Made by a program: the position numbers and the translations under genes. From Candidatus Chisholmbacteria bacterium RIFCSPLOWO2_01_FULL_49_14 (GTDB taxonomy: Bacteria > Patescibacteriota > Microgenomatia > UBA1400 > Chisholmbacteraceae): a stretch of DNA of 52,659 bases. Below, piece by piece: positions 16,727 through 26,407 of this stretch. Each line of letters opens with the position of its first letter. Position 1 is the stretch's first letter. The stretch covers positions 45,501-98,159 of the forward strand of contig MHCL01000026.1 of assembly GCA_001816915.1 (NCBI GenBank), in the 5' to 3' direction. The notes under the pieces were generated by a model. The model worked only from the letters and a program-made list of their open reading frames with translations, was not told the DNA's origin and made no database searches.

Positions 16727-18373
16727 ATGCCTGACCCGAAGGACAATACACCTCCGGCCCTTGGCCAACCAAGCATCTCCCCACAGCTCCCCAGTCAAGA
16801 GAAACCTGCTTTGGGAAAACCGGAGCCTGTGGTTGAGCCGGAATTGCCGACACTGGATATGAAATCAACCTCGCGTACCATTGGCGGCCAGTCAATACAG
16901 CCGGACCCGATGTCTTCCTTGGAGAAAGAAAAACCATTTGTGCCGCCTCCGCCTCCTCCACCGCCTCGATATGTTCCGCCCCCCCCTCCGCCTGCTTCGT
17001 CAACTGTGGCCTCGCAAACGGCGCCTCCCCCAGCCGAAAGCCCGCAAGTCACGCCGCCCAAACGATCCGGAAATATCAAGAAATTTTTCATGATCGCGGC
17101 GGCGGCGATCGGCTTATCCGCTCTGGCGTTTTTGATCGTACGGGTGGTTCTTCCCAGAATCCAGTCGATAAAAGTTCCCGGTTTACCGGGAAAGGAGATT
17201 GCCTTAACCTACTGGGGTCTTTGGGAACCGAATGCCGTCATGCAGGACGTCATCGACGAGTACGTACTGGATCACCCGAATGTGAAGATCGAATATGTTC
17301 AGCAAAGTCATAAAGACTACCGTGAAAGACTGCAGTCGGCATTGGCTAGGGGAGAGGGGCCGGACATTTTCCGCTTTCACAACACATGGGTGCCAATGCT
17401 CAATGATGATCTCGACGCGGTCCCTGCCGATGTCTATAGCGCCGGCGATTTTCAGGAAACCTTCTATCCGACGGCAGCCAGGGATCTCCGCCGCGGTGCG
17501 AGTTTCGTCGGCATACCCTTGGAAACGGACGGATTGGCACTCTTTTATAACAAAGAAATCTTTAAAACCGCAGGGAAAATACCGCCAACCACCTGGGAGG
17601 ATCTGAGGAAGACCGCGTTCGATTTGACGATACGGGACAGTCAGGGACGCATCCAGCGTGCCGGAGTTGCTCTGGGAACTACAGGGAACGTCGATCACTG
17701 GCCGGATATTCTTGGCCTCATGATGTTGCAGAACGGCGCCAACCTCTCCGATCCGACGGACAAGCTCGCTGCCGACGCCCTACTGTTTTACACGATCTTT
17801 GTCCGATCGGATAAGGTGTGGGATGCAACGCTTCCCGGATCAACCCAAGCCTTTGCGTCCGGAGACGTCGCGATGTATTTCGGTCCGTCCTGGAGGGTGT
17901 TGGACATCAAAGCCTTAAACCCCGATCTGGACTTTGCGGTTATTCCCGTTCCGCAATTGCCCAAGTCCGACATCACCTGGGCCTCCTATTGGGTAGAAGG
18001 GGTATCCGCTCAATCCGAGAACACCAAGGATGCCTGGGAGTTTCTCAAGTTCCTCTCCTCAAAAGAAACGTTGGAAAAATTCTATGCCTCGGCAGTGAAG
18101 TCGGGAAGAATGATCGGCGAACCATATTCACGAAAAGATATGCGAGAATTGCTTGCCGATGATCCGGCCGCGGGAGCCTATGTGAATCAGGCATCCAACG
18201 CACAATCTTGGTATCTGTCATCACTGACCCATGATAATGGGATCAATGACCGCATCATTAAATATTTTGAAGACGCGGTCAACGCGGTGAATCAACGAAC
18301 CGATCCGGAACAAGCGCTCTCCACCGCAGCCGAGGGAGTCAGTCAAGTCCTCACCCAGTACGGGATCAAATAA
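16727..18373 (+). CDS. Extracellular solute-binding protein (ABC SBP family 1-like) with Pro-rich N-terminus and TM anchor
   Basis: Poly-Pro tract PPPPPPPPRYVPPPPPP and TM FFMIAAAAIGLSALAFLIV. SBP_bac_1-like features are LTYWGLWEPN ... GEGPDIFRFHNTWVP ... GIPLETDGLALFYNKEIF ... TWEDL. The true start is uncertain. Confidence 0.65.
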   Translation: MPDPKDNTPPALGQPSISPQLPSQEKPALGKPEPVVEPELPTLDMKSTSRTIGGQSIQPDPMSSLEKEKPFVPPPPPPPPRYVPPPPPPASSTVASQTAPPPAESPQVTPPKRSGNIKKFFMIAAAAIGLSALAFLIVRVVLPRIQSIKVPGLPGKEIALTYWGLWEPNAVMQDVIDEYVLDHPNVKIEYVQQSHKDYRERLQSALARGEGPDIFRFHNTWVPMLNDDLDAVPADVYSAGDFQETFYPTAARDLRRGASFVGIPLETDGLALFYNKEIFKTAGKIPPTTWEDLRKTAFDLTIRDSQGRIQRAGVALGTTGNVDHWPDILGLMMLQNGANLSDPTDKLAADALLFYTIFVRSDKVWDATLPGSTQAFASGDVAMYFGPSWRVLDIKALNPDLDFAVIPVPQLPKSDITWASYWVEGVSAQSENTKDAWEFLKFLSSKETLEKFYASAVKSGRMIGEPYSRKDMRELLADDPAAGAYVNQASNAQSWYLSSLTHDNGINDRIIKYFEDAVNAVNQRTDPEQALSTAAEGVSQVLTQYGIK

Positions 18374-18452
18374 CTCTCCGCTTTTGCCTTGAAGATATCC
18401 GACGCCCACGAAGGAAGCAATCGCCGTCGCGTGTTATCATAAACTCCGGAAT

Positions 18453-19457
18453 ATGAGGAATACTCGCCATCTCCAGGATGCGATCCTGAAAACCCTGTGC
18501 TACGCGGATATTTTCGAATACCCGTTAACGGATGAGGAGCTTCATCGCTATCTCATCGCTTCGCACAAAATTTCCGCGCCGGATGGAAAAACGGTACTGG
18601 AAAAGTTGCACAGCCAAGGCCTGATAGGGGAAGAGCAGGGGTTGTATTTCCTCCGGGGAAGAGCATCCCTGGTGGCCAAACGGATCAGGCGCAGAGTTAT
18701 TGCAGGCAAGAGCCTGACTATTGCCAGAAGGGTCGGGAACTGGTTAAAGCGTATTCCCACAATCAGCATGGTTGCCGTGACAGGGGCCTTGGCGATGGAG
18801 AACACGGAGGAAAGCGATGATATCGACCTGATGATTATTACCCAAAGAAATCGCCTGTGGCTGACGCGCGGTATCGCAATACTACTCATCTCACTGATTG
18901 CCAAGAGGCGTAAGCCGGAGATGACGTCGAGCTTGCATGCAGTGGGCAAGTCGAATCGGCCGATTGCCGGGAGACCGGAACCGGGAAGTAAGCTGAGGAG
19001 TCTGCGCAGGACGAGTGAAAAGGGAAAATGGAGGCGTTCGGTATGTCTGAATCTATTTCTCGATGAAACGTCGCTCCGTCTTCCCGAAAAGAGACGCAAT
19101 CTCTATTCTGCCCATGAAGTTGTCCAAGCGTTGCCGCTTTGGAGCAGGAATGAGACACGCGAGAAATTTCTGCGGGAAAATGCGTGGATCCTCGACTTTC
19201 TGCCCAACACCAAGATTCCCCACCATCCGGGAAAAACGGCCAACGTCAATGGCGCGGCGCAGCCGTTGCCGTCGGGGAACAGCCAACCGGGCAGCCTACT
19301 TGAAAACTATGCGTACCAAATCCAGCTGCATCATATGAGACCGAAGCGAACGCGAGAGCTTGTGCTTCCCAACGCCGCATATTTTCATCCCCGCAACACC
19401 ACACGGCTCGTGCTTAGTCAGTATCAGAAACGCCTGAAGCGCTTTCACCTGATGTGA
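18453..19457 (+). CDS. Hypothetical protein with nucleotidyltransferase-fold-like core
   Basis: VAVTGALAMENTEESDDIDLMIIT resembles the G[SA]-x(n)-D-x-D minimal NTase motif. A highly basic Ser/Arg/Lys-rich segment follows (residues about 150-195). Confidence 0.35.
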   Translation: MRNTRHLQDAILKTLCYADIFEYPLTDEELHRYLIASHKISAPDGKTVLEKLHSQGLIGEEQGLYFLRGRASLVAKRIRRRVIAGKSLTIARRVGNWLKRIPTISMVAVTGALAMENTEESDDIDLMIITQRNRLWLTRGIAILLISLIAKRRKPEMTSSLHAVGKSNRPIAGRPEPGSKLRSLRRTSEKGKWRRSVCLNLFLDETSLRLPEKRRNLYSAHEVVQALPLWSRNETREKFLRENAWILDFLPNTKIPHHPGKTANVNGAAQPLPSGNSQPGSLLENYAYQIQLHHMRPKRTRELVLPNAAYFHPRNTTRLVLSQYQKRLKRFHLM

Positions 19458-19482
19458 GAGAATAAACTGTAGGTATACGTGA

Positions 19483-20004
19483 ATGGTTAACCAAAAGCAA
19501 GTGAAATTTTCCCTGGAAGAGGCTATCGCCCGCCGCTCATCCCTCGCATCCGGACAAATTGTTACGCTGGCAACCGGAGTCTTTGACATTCTTCACATCG
19601 AGCACCTGCGTTTTCTCAGGCGGGCCAAACAACAGGGGGACATATTATTTGTCGGTATCGAACGGGATCGAAGAGTGCGCCAGCTCAAAGGGAGGGGAAG
19701 GCCGGTCAATTCCGAAATGCATCGCGCGCAGGTCATAAGCGCGCTCAAATCGGTTGATTGTGTCTTTCTGCTTCCGGATGACATGGAGGACCAAGCAGGG
19801 AGGGAGAGGGTCATCCAGAAACTCAAACCGGATATCTATGCCGTGAGCGCCAACACCCCCTATTTGCAGGAAAAAGAGAAAATCATCAAAAAGTTCGCAG
19901 GTCAGTTGAGGGTTGTCCATCAGCACAACCCGAACATCTCCACGACCAAGATTATTACCGCCAAGCGAAATCATCGCAGAAGAGTAAGATCAGCCAATAT
20001 ATAA
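19483..20004 (+). CDS. Cytidylyltransferase-family nucleotidyltransferase (RfaE domain II / TagD-like)
   Basis: ATGVFDILHIEHLRFLRRAKQQGDILFVGIERD ... GRPVNSEMHRAQVISALKSVDCVFLL; H-x-x-H motif with Rossmann-like layout. Confidence 0.7.
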   Translation: MVNQKQVKFSLEEAIARRSSLASGQIVTLATGVFDILHIEHLRFLRRAKQQGDILFVGIERDRRVRQLKGRGRPVNSEMHRAQVISALKSVDCVFLLPDDMEDQAGRERVIQKLKPDIYAVSANTPYLQEKEKIIKKFAGQLRVVHQHNPNISTTKIITAKRNHRRRVRSANI

Positions 20005-20035
20005 TGGAACAACGTAGTAATGGAACAATAGAACA
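20002..20035. repeat. Short AT-rich leader repeat (TAATGGAACAA x2, then TAGAACA) abutting the ATG of the YidC paralogue
   Basis: TAATGGAACAA occurs at 20002-20012 and 20018-20028. The sequence ends ...GAACAATG, the same ending as the GT-C gene leader at 39567-39636. Confidence 0.6.
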
Positions 20036-20821
20036 ATGAATTTATTCACCCACTTTATCTATCAGCCGTTCCTCAATCTCTTAGTCGCCATCTACATGGG
20101 CATCAATGCGATAAGCGGGGGCAACACCGACATGGGTATCGCAGTCATCATCTTCACCATTGCCTTGAGGTTTATTCTGCTTCCCCTCTCTCTTGCCTCA
20201 AGTCGAACTGAGGCGGAGCGTCGGGAGATTGAAGAAAAAGTCGCCGAGATCAACAGGGTGTTTAAGGACGATCCTCTGCGCACCAAGTCAGAAACCAAAA
20301 AACTGTTAAAAGGCAACCGCCGCATTCTGATTTCGGAAGGCTTGAACCTGACAATCCAGATTATAGTAGCTTTGATGCTGTATCGCCTGTTTGCCAAGGG
20401 CTTGCTCGGCAGCGATCTTCATCTCATTTATGATTTTATGCCGAAAGTGAAGGAGCCGTTTAACCTGGTCTTCGCGGGCAAGTACGACCTGACGCACCCC
20501 AACCTTTTCTTGAATTTCATCCAATCGCTGGCAATCTTCACCGTCGAATCCCTCTCGATGTTTACCTCACCCTTCCCCGTAACCAGAAAGGAAATCATTC
20601 GCCTGCAAGTCTTTCTCCCTCTCGTATCCTTTATGATTTTTGCCTATCTTCCAGCAGGGAAAAAGCTATTCGTCATCACCACCCTTTGCTTTTCCATCGT
20701 CTTGATCCTCGCAAGACGGGGAATGCAGCTATTTCAACACTTCAGTAGCAAACCAGCCCCCATTCCCGTTCCAGACCATGAGGAAAGCCAAGGAGATGGA
20801 AAAAACCTGCAAACAGAGTAA
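20036..20821 (+). CDS. Divergent second YidC/Oxa1-family insertase paralogue
   Basis: FIYQPFLNLLVAIY ... GIAVIIFTIALRFILLPLSLASSRTEAERREIEEKVAEINRVFKDDP ... LPAGKKLFVITT parallels the layout of the first YidC (1535-2299). Confidence 0.55.
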   Translation: MNLFTHFIYQPFLNLLVAIYMGINAISGGNTDMGIAVIIFTIALRFILLPLSLASSRTEAERREIEEKVAEINRVFKDDPLRTKSETKKLLKGNRRILISEGLNLTIQIIVALMLYRLFAKGLLGSDLHLIYDFMPKVKEPFNLVFAGKYDLTHPNLFLNFIQSLAIFTVESLSMFTSPFPVTRKEIIRLQVFLPLVSFMIFAYLPAGKKLFVITTLCFSIVLILARRGMQLFQHFSSKPAPIPVPDHEESQGDGKNLQTE

Positions 20822-20843
20822 AATGGAGTGTTGTAAACAACAC

Positions 20844-20974
20844 AAATTCGAATCACGAAATCCGAAGCACGAAACAAATCCAATTTACCAAAACCCAAAA
20901 TATAAAACAGTTTTGATCATTTGATATTTGAATTTAGAGATTGTTTCGAATTTAGAGATTAGGATTTCGAATTT
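20844..20974. repeat. 131-nt inverted double array of heptad units, centred at 20909
   Basis: Left arm: aaattcg|aatcacg|aaatccg|aagcacg|aaacaaa|tccaatt|taccaaa|acccaaa|atataaa. The right arm is the T-rich mirror, ending cgaattt. The termini (9 nt), an internal cgaaacaa block and the centre aaaac-a-gtttt are complementary. Confidence 0.7.
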
Positions 20975-20990
20975 ACCCTGAAAGGGTTCT

Positions 20991-21599
20991 ATGGAATTTG
21001 ATCGCTTGGTCGTTTCATTTTTGGTTGATGAGGTTGTCGGGGGCTTTTTTATTTCGGTACCGCCCGGCCACATCGCCTGCCTCTATGATCGGGGCAGGGG
21101 GGTGTTAAAAAAGGTTTGGGGACCGGGATTGCACCTGAAAATCCCGTTCTGGCAGATTGCCAAGCTTTTTAACGCGCAGATCGTCGAATATACGATTAGG
21201 GAAAATTTTGATCTGAAAATCAAAGAAGCATTGGGAGACATGCCTGTGAAAACGACTACCAAAGACGGGCACTATGTCCAGATAGAGGGATCTATTCTTT
21301 TTAAGATTGACAAATCAAATGCGCCCGAGCTCTGGGAAAATATCGGAGACAATTTCGTCTCCAAAGTCATCCGTCCCATCAGCCGCTCCCGCATCGCGGC
21401 TGTGTTCGCCAACCTCACCATCGATCAGATCAAGTCCTCGAGAACCCAGATCGAAGAGCTCTTGACCAGGGAACTCAATAAAAACATCAACCAGAAAGGG
21501 CTGATCTGCGAAGGAGCGCCGCTCTCCGAAGTCAAACTCTTGGATCAGCAGAGGAAAGCCGCCGACGGCGAGGTCATTTTCGCCGAGCAGGGCAACTAG
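20991..21599 (+). CDS. SPFH/Band-7 (prohibitin/stomatin-like) domain protein
   Basis: PGHIACLYDRGRGVLKKVWGPGLHLKIPFWQIAKLFNAQIVEY ... YVQIEGSILFKI. Confidence 0.75.
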   Translation: MEFDRLVVSFLVDEVVGGFFISVPPGHIACLYDRGRGVLKKVWGPGLHLKIPFWQIAKLFNAQIVEYTIRENFDLKIKEALGDMPVKTTTKDGHYVQIEGSILFKIDKSNAPELWENIGDNFVSKVIRPISRSRIAAVFANLTIDQIKSSRTQIEELLTRELNKNINQKGLICEGAPLSEVKLLDQQRKAADGEVIFAEQGN

Positions 21600-22191
21600 A
21601 GTAAAACCAGTAAGCCGTCCATTCTCCCCTCAGGAAGGATTTTTCTCATCCGGATTTCTCCCTTTTTAGAGTAGGGCAAGCAGGAGAGCAACCAATCACA
21701 GCACCTGCAACAAAACCCACGCGCAGTCGATGAAACAGTCCAGGGCATTCCAGAGCTGATATCCAATATATTAGAGAAAAGACGGGCGGAGGAGTGATTT
21801 TACGGTCAATTTGAATAAAAGATAAAAATGGCCGGCATGTCGACAAAGCGTCGTCGTTAAAACGCCAAAAACTGCTCCCGAAGGCAATATTTTAAGCCCT
21901 CTTGAGGCAAGTAAAAAACAGCCGTCCCGCGGTTGTTCAATAGGGCAAAGGAAACCCAAAAAGTTAAGCCGCGGGATCAAAAATACACCTCTGGTATCAT
22001 TCCCCTTCCCCCACCTCAATCCAGAGGAAAAAGAAAAAAATCGCTCGCGTTTTACCAGGGACCAGGCAAACGAGTTGAAAGATCAGTCATACCTGTTCTC
22101 TGAATGAATAGTTCTTTCTCTGGAAATGTCCGAATATAAAACGAAATCAAAGCATGGTGCTCGAATATTATTCATCAAGAAAAAAATAGTC

Positions 22192-22220
22192 TTGACAAAA
22201 ACAACGGTGGCCTATAAAAT
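22192..22220 (+). promoter_or_regulatory. Sigma-70-type promoter of groES-groEL (TTGACA, 17 nt, TAAAAT)
   Basis: TTGACA at 22192-22197, a 17-nt spacer, then TAAAAT at 22215-22220. Lies about 110 nt upstream of groES. Confidence 0.55.
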
Positions 22221-22226
22221 AGCACT

Positions 22227-22247
22227 CGTTATCAAATACTGATAACG
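22227..22247. promoter_or_regulatory. Perfect 8-bp inverted repeat CGTTATCA-N5-TGATAACG at the predicted groES transcription start, overlapping a CIRCE-like left half
   Basis: Read directly from the sequence. TAGCACTC (22220-22227) equals the CIRCE left arm, but the expected right arm is degenerate (TACTGATAA versus GAGTGCTAA). Confidence 0.45.
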
Positions 22248-22328
22248 TTTTTATTTGAAATAGTACTGGTCGCCAGGAGATTCTTATCCTGCCTGCCAGC
22301 GAAAGTAATAAAAGAAAGGAGTAGAAGA

Positions 22329-22643
22329 ATGGCAAGCAAAAAGTCAGTCAAAGTCGGAAATCTTCAACCCGCACCCGGTTACGTTTTAGTCGAACCCATG
22401 GAGGCACAGAAAAAAACCGCCTCCGGCATTTATCTTCCCGATAGCAGCGATGAAAAACCACAGGAAGGCAAAGTCCTCGCCATCGGTCCCGTATGGGTCA
22501 CCGAACAGGGGGCAAAAATCACGCCTCCCTGCAAAAAAGGCCAAACCGTCATCTATAAGAAATGGGGCGGCAACGAGGTCAAAGTCGAGGACGTGGAATA
22601 CCAGTTCCTGAAATTTGAAGACATATTAGCAGTAGTCAATTAA
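22329..22643 (+). CDS. groES: Co-chaperonin GroES
   Basis: 104 aa: LQPAPGYVLVEPMEAQKKTASGIYLPDSSDEKPQEGKVLAIG. SD aaaggag upstream. Confidence 0.9.
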   Translation: MASKKSVKVGNLQPAPGYVLVEPMEAQKKTASGIYLPDSSDEKPQEGKVLAIGPVWVTEQGAKITPPCKKGQTVIYKKWGGNEVKVEDVEYQFLKFEDILAVVN

Positions 22644-22713
22644 AGGAGGACGTAAGGAGGGAATTGCAGAATAGAAGCGACTTTCCACCTATTCTTTATT
22701 CCTTACCACTTAA

Positions 22714-24357
<1,644 letters not shown>

Positions 24358-24448
24358 GAAGTCTCGCAATGCGGGACGACGAAATCCTCCGTAGCCTCGC
24401 GCGAAGGAGGATGAAGACAGACAAGCAATTCAATTTATCAAACAAAAG

Positions 24449-24475
24449 GAGCCGCTCCCCCGCGGCTCTTTTTTT
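24449..24475 (+). terminator. Rho-independent terminator after groEL
   Basis: Stem GAGCCGC (24449-24455) / GCGGCTC (24462-24468), 6-nt loop, then a run of 7 T (24469-24475). Confidence 0.8.
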
Positions 24476-24490
24476 ACTAGAATCGAGCCC

Positions 24491-24787
24491 ATGGGAAATC
24501 TCTTTGTCTACGGCACGCTGAAAGATCCGAAAGTTCAAAAGATGGTGTTTGGAAGAGTTGAGGCAGGAACTCCTGATACGTTGGACGGATATAAGAAATC
24601 GAAAGTCGTCATCAACAAAAAGACGTATCCGGCAATAGTCCCTTCCCCGAAAGATTCCATCAAAGGTCTCATGCTGATGGTGACTGCAAAGGAACTGAAG
24701 CAAATCGATGCATACGAAACCAGAGCCTACAGAAGGAAGAAAATAACTTTAAAAAGCGGCAAAATAGCCTGGGTATACCAAAAATAG
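24491..24787 (+). CDS. Gamma-glutamylcyclotransferase-like (AIG2/GGACT fold) protein
   Basis: N-terminal LFVYGTLKDPKVQKMVFGR is the AIG2-like signature; 98 aa. Confidence 0.6.
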   Translation: MGNLFVYGTLKDPKVQKMVFGRVEAGTPDTLDGYKKSKVVINKKTYPAIVPSPKDSIKGLMLMVTAKELKQIDAYETRAYRRKKITLKSGKIAWVYQK

Positions 24788-24901
24788 ACCATTCAACTGA
24801 AAAACAATGTCAATCGGAAAAGCTTTCGCAACGCCTAGAAGGTAATCGTACCCCCCTATCCTCTCCCCCAACCTGGAACAATAAATTGCTACAATGGGCT
24901 C

Positions 24902-25681
24902 ATGAAAACCAGCTTTACAAACCGCAAAGGGAAAAGACTCGTTGTCCAAATCGATCCAGAAAAATTCACAGACAATCTCGTCTTTATCGCCCACGGACTC
25001 GGCGGGTTTAAGGAACAACCGCACATCCAAATAATCACCGAAGCATTCCTTGAGAACAACTTCACCGCCATCCGCTGGGATATGAGTAGCTCAATCGGCG
25101 AGAGCGAAGGCTCCATAGAAAACGCAACGCTGACCGACTACTACGAAGACCTGGAAGACGTGATCAGTTGGGCAGAGAGACAGATATGGTACATAGAGCC
25201 ATTCATGCTCTCCGGCCACAGTATCGGCAGCGCCAGCATAATTATGTTCGTCACAAAACACCCAAACAAAGTTAAAGGCCTCGCACCAATTTCGGCTTTT
25301 CTTTCAGGGAGATCTTACTTCGAATTCAAGAAAAACGAGGTTGGGGAATGGAAAAAGAAAGGCTTTATGCTCGAGGCGAGCACATCAAAACCAGGTGTTG
25401 TAAAGAAGCTCAGCTGGAATTTCATGGAGGATATACTGAAGTACAATTTTGTAGATGATGCAGAGAAGCTGACACTGCCTGTGTTGTTAATCGTCGGAAG
25501 TGAAGACCAAGGGACTCCATATAAAGATCAAAAAAAGTTTTTCGACAATCTCGCATCCAAACAGAAAGAACTTCATGTTATTAAAGGAGCTCCACAAACA
25601 TTCTATAATCAGGAACATTTGGTGAAGATCAAAGAGATTATGAAGAAATGGATAAAGAAAGTTGAAGAAGCCAAAGGATGA
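24902..25681 (+). CDS. Alpha/beta-fold hydrolase
   Basis: Nucleophile elbow LSGHSIGSAS (G-x-S-x-G), HG-type oxyanion motif IAHGLGG, about 260 aa. Confidence 0.65.
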   Translation: MKTSFTNRKGKRLVVQIDPEKFTDNLVFIAHGLGGFKEQPHIQIITEAFLENNFTAIRWDMSSSIGESEGSIENATLTDYYEDLEDVISWAERQIWYIEPFMLSGHSIGSASIIMFVTKHPNKVKGLAPISAFLSGRSYFEFKKNEVGEWKKKGFMLEASTSKPGVVKKLSWNFMEDILKYNFVDDAEKLTLPVLLIVGSEDQGTPYKDQKKFFDNLASKQKELHVIKGAPQTFYNQEHLVKIKEIMKKWIKKVEEAKG

Positions 25682-26243
25682 ACAACGGCAGACAGTTCTT
25701 AAAATTAGCAATTGAGGAGGCAAAAAAATCTGTCGAGCAAGGAGGATTCTCTGCCGGCGCGGTTGTCGTCAAAGAGGAAAAGTAATCGCAAAGGGTTTGA
25801 GTTTGGGTTTCCGCCTCAATGATCCTTCCGGTCACTCGGAGACGACTGCAATCCGAAAAGCCTGTAAAAAGCTCAAGACAAGCGATCTTCGTGGGGCGGT
25901 TTTGTATGCCTCGCTCCAGCCGTGTCTGATGTGCTTCTCGACTGCCTTCTGGGCGGGCATCTCAAAAATCGTCTACGGGTGCAGGAAAACAAAAGAAATG
26001 ATTACAAAACACTATTATGAGGGTTCGACAGATATCCATACGGTGAACAAAAACAACACGAGAAAGATTGAGTTAGTCTACGTCCCAGACTTTGAAAAAG
26101 AATCTTTGGATGTGGTTCAAGTATGGGAAGATCAAAGGCAGGCCAATCCGATGAAAGTCTTTGTCGGGAAGGGCAAGGCAGAAGAAAAGACGGATGCGGT
26201 CAAAGAGATAAAACACTACTATCAAAAGTCTCCCCGGAAATGA
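25678..26243 (+). pseudogene. CMP/dCMP-type zinc deaminase (TadA/guanine-deaminase-like), reading frame interrupted at an A-run
   Basis: Frame 1 (25678-25785) gives MNNGRQFLKLAIEEAKKSVEQGGFSAGAVVVKEEK, then TAA. The -1 frame continues VIAKGLSLGFRLNDPSGHSETTAIR ... LQPCLMCFSTAFWAGISKIVYG (H-x-E and PC-x-x-C zinc motifs). The junction lies at GAGGAAAAGTAA (25774-25785). Confidence 0.7.
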
Positions 26244-26407
26244 AGATCATCAGAATAGGTATGAAACTTCTTAAGGACTAACAAGTAAAATAATCCCAAA
26301 TGAAAAACGCCCTCAGTTTGCACGGCTCGGAAAATAATTTCCGCCAAAATTCTTCGCAACATCTTAGACTTGACAAAATCATTATTGTGTAATAAGGTGT
26401 GTAATGT

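Noticed and set aside
16795-17091. A 98-aa ORF with a poly-Gly run antisense to the solute-binding protein gene
   Set aside because: It is the mirror image of the poly-Pro (CCN) tract on the coding strand, so it is a shadow ORF.
20844-20974. A bidirectional rho-independent terminator
   Set aside because: Apart from the termini, one internal block and the centre, the arms are only about half complementary. The stem would be almost pure A-T with no G+C clamp, and there is no canonical stem plus U-tract geometry.
21646-22019. Two overlapping minus-strand ORFs (66 and 82 aa) in the SPFH-groES gap
   Set aside because: They have no motifs, poor start contexts and mutual overlap. I keep the region only as an unexplained non-coding gap.
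22211-22249. A canonical CIRCE (HrcA operator) upstream of groES
   Set aside because: Only the left arm matches well (TAGCACTC). The right arm at the required 9-nt spacing is 6/9 and the two arms are poorly self-complementary, so I report it as CIRCE-like plus a distinct palindrome.
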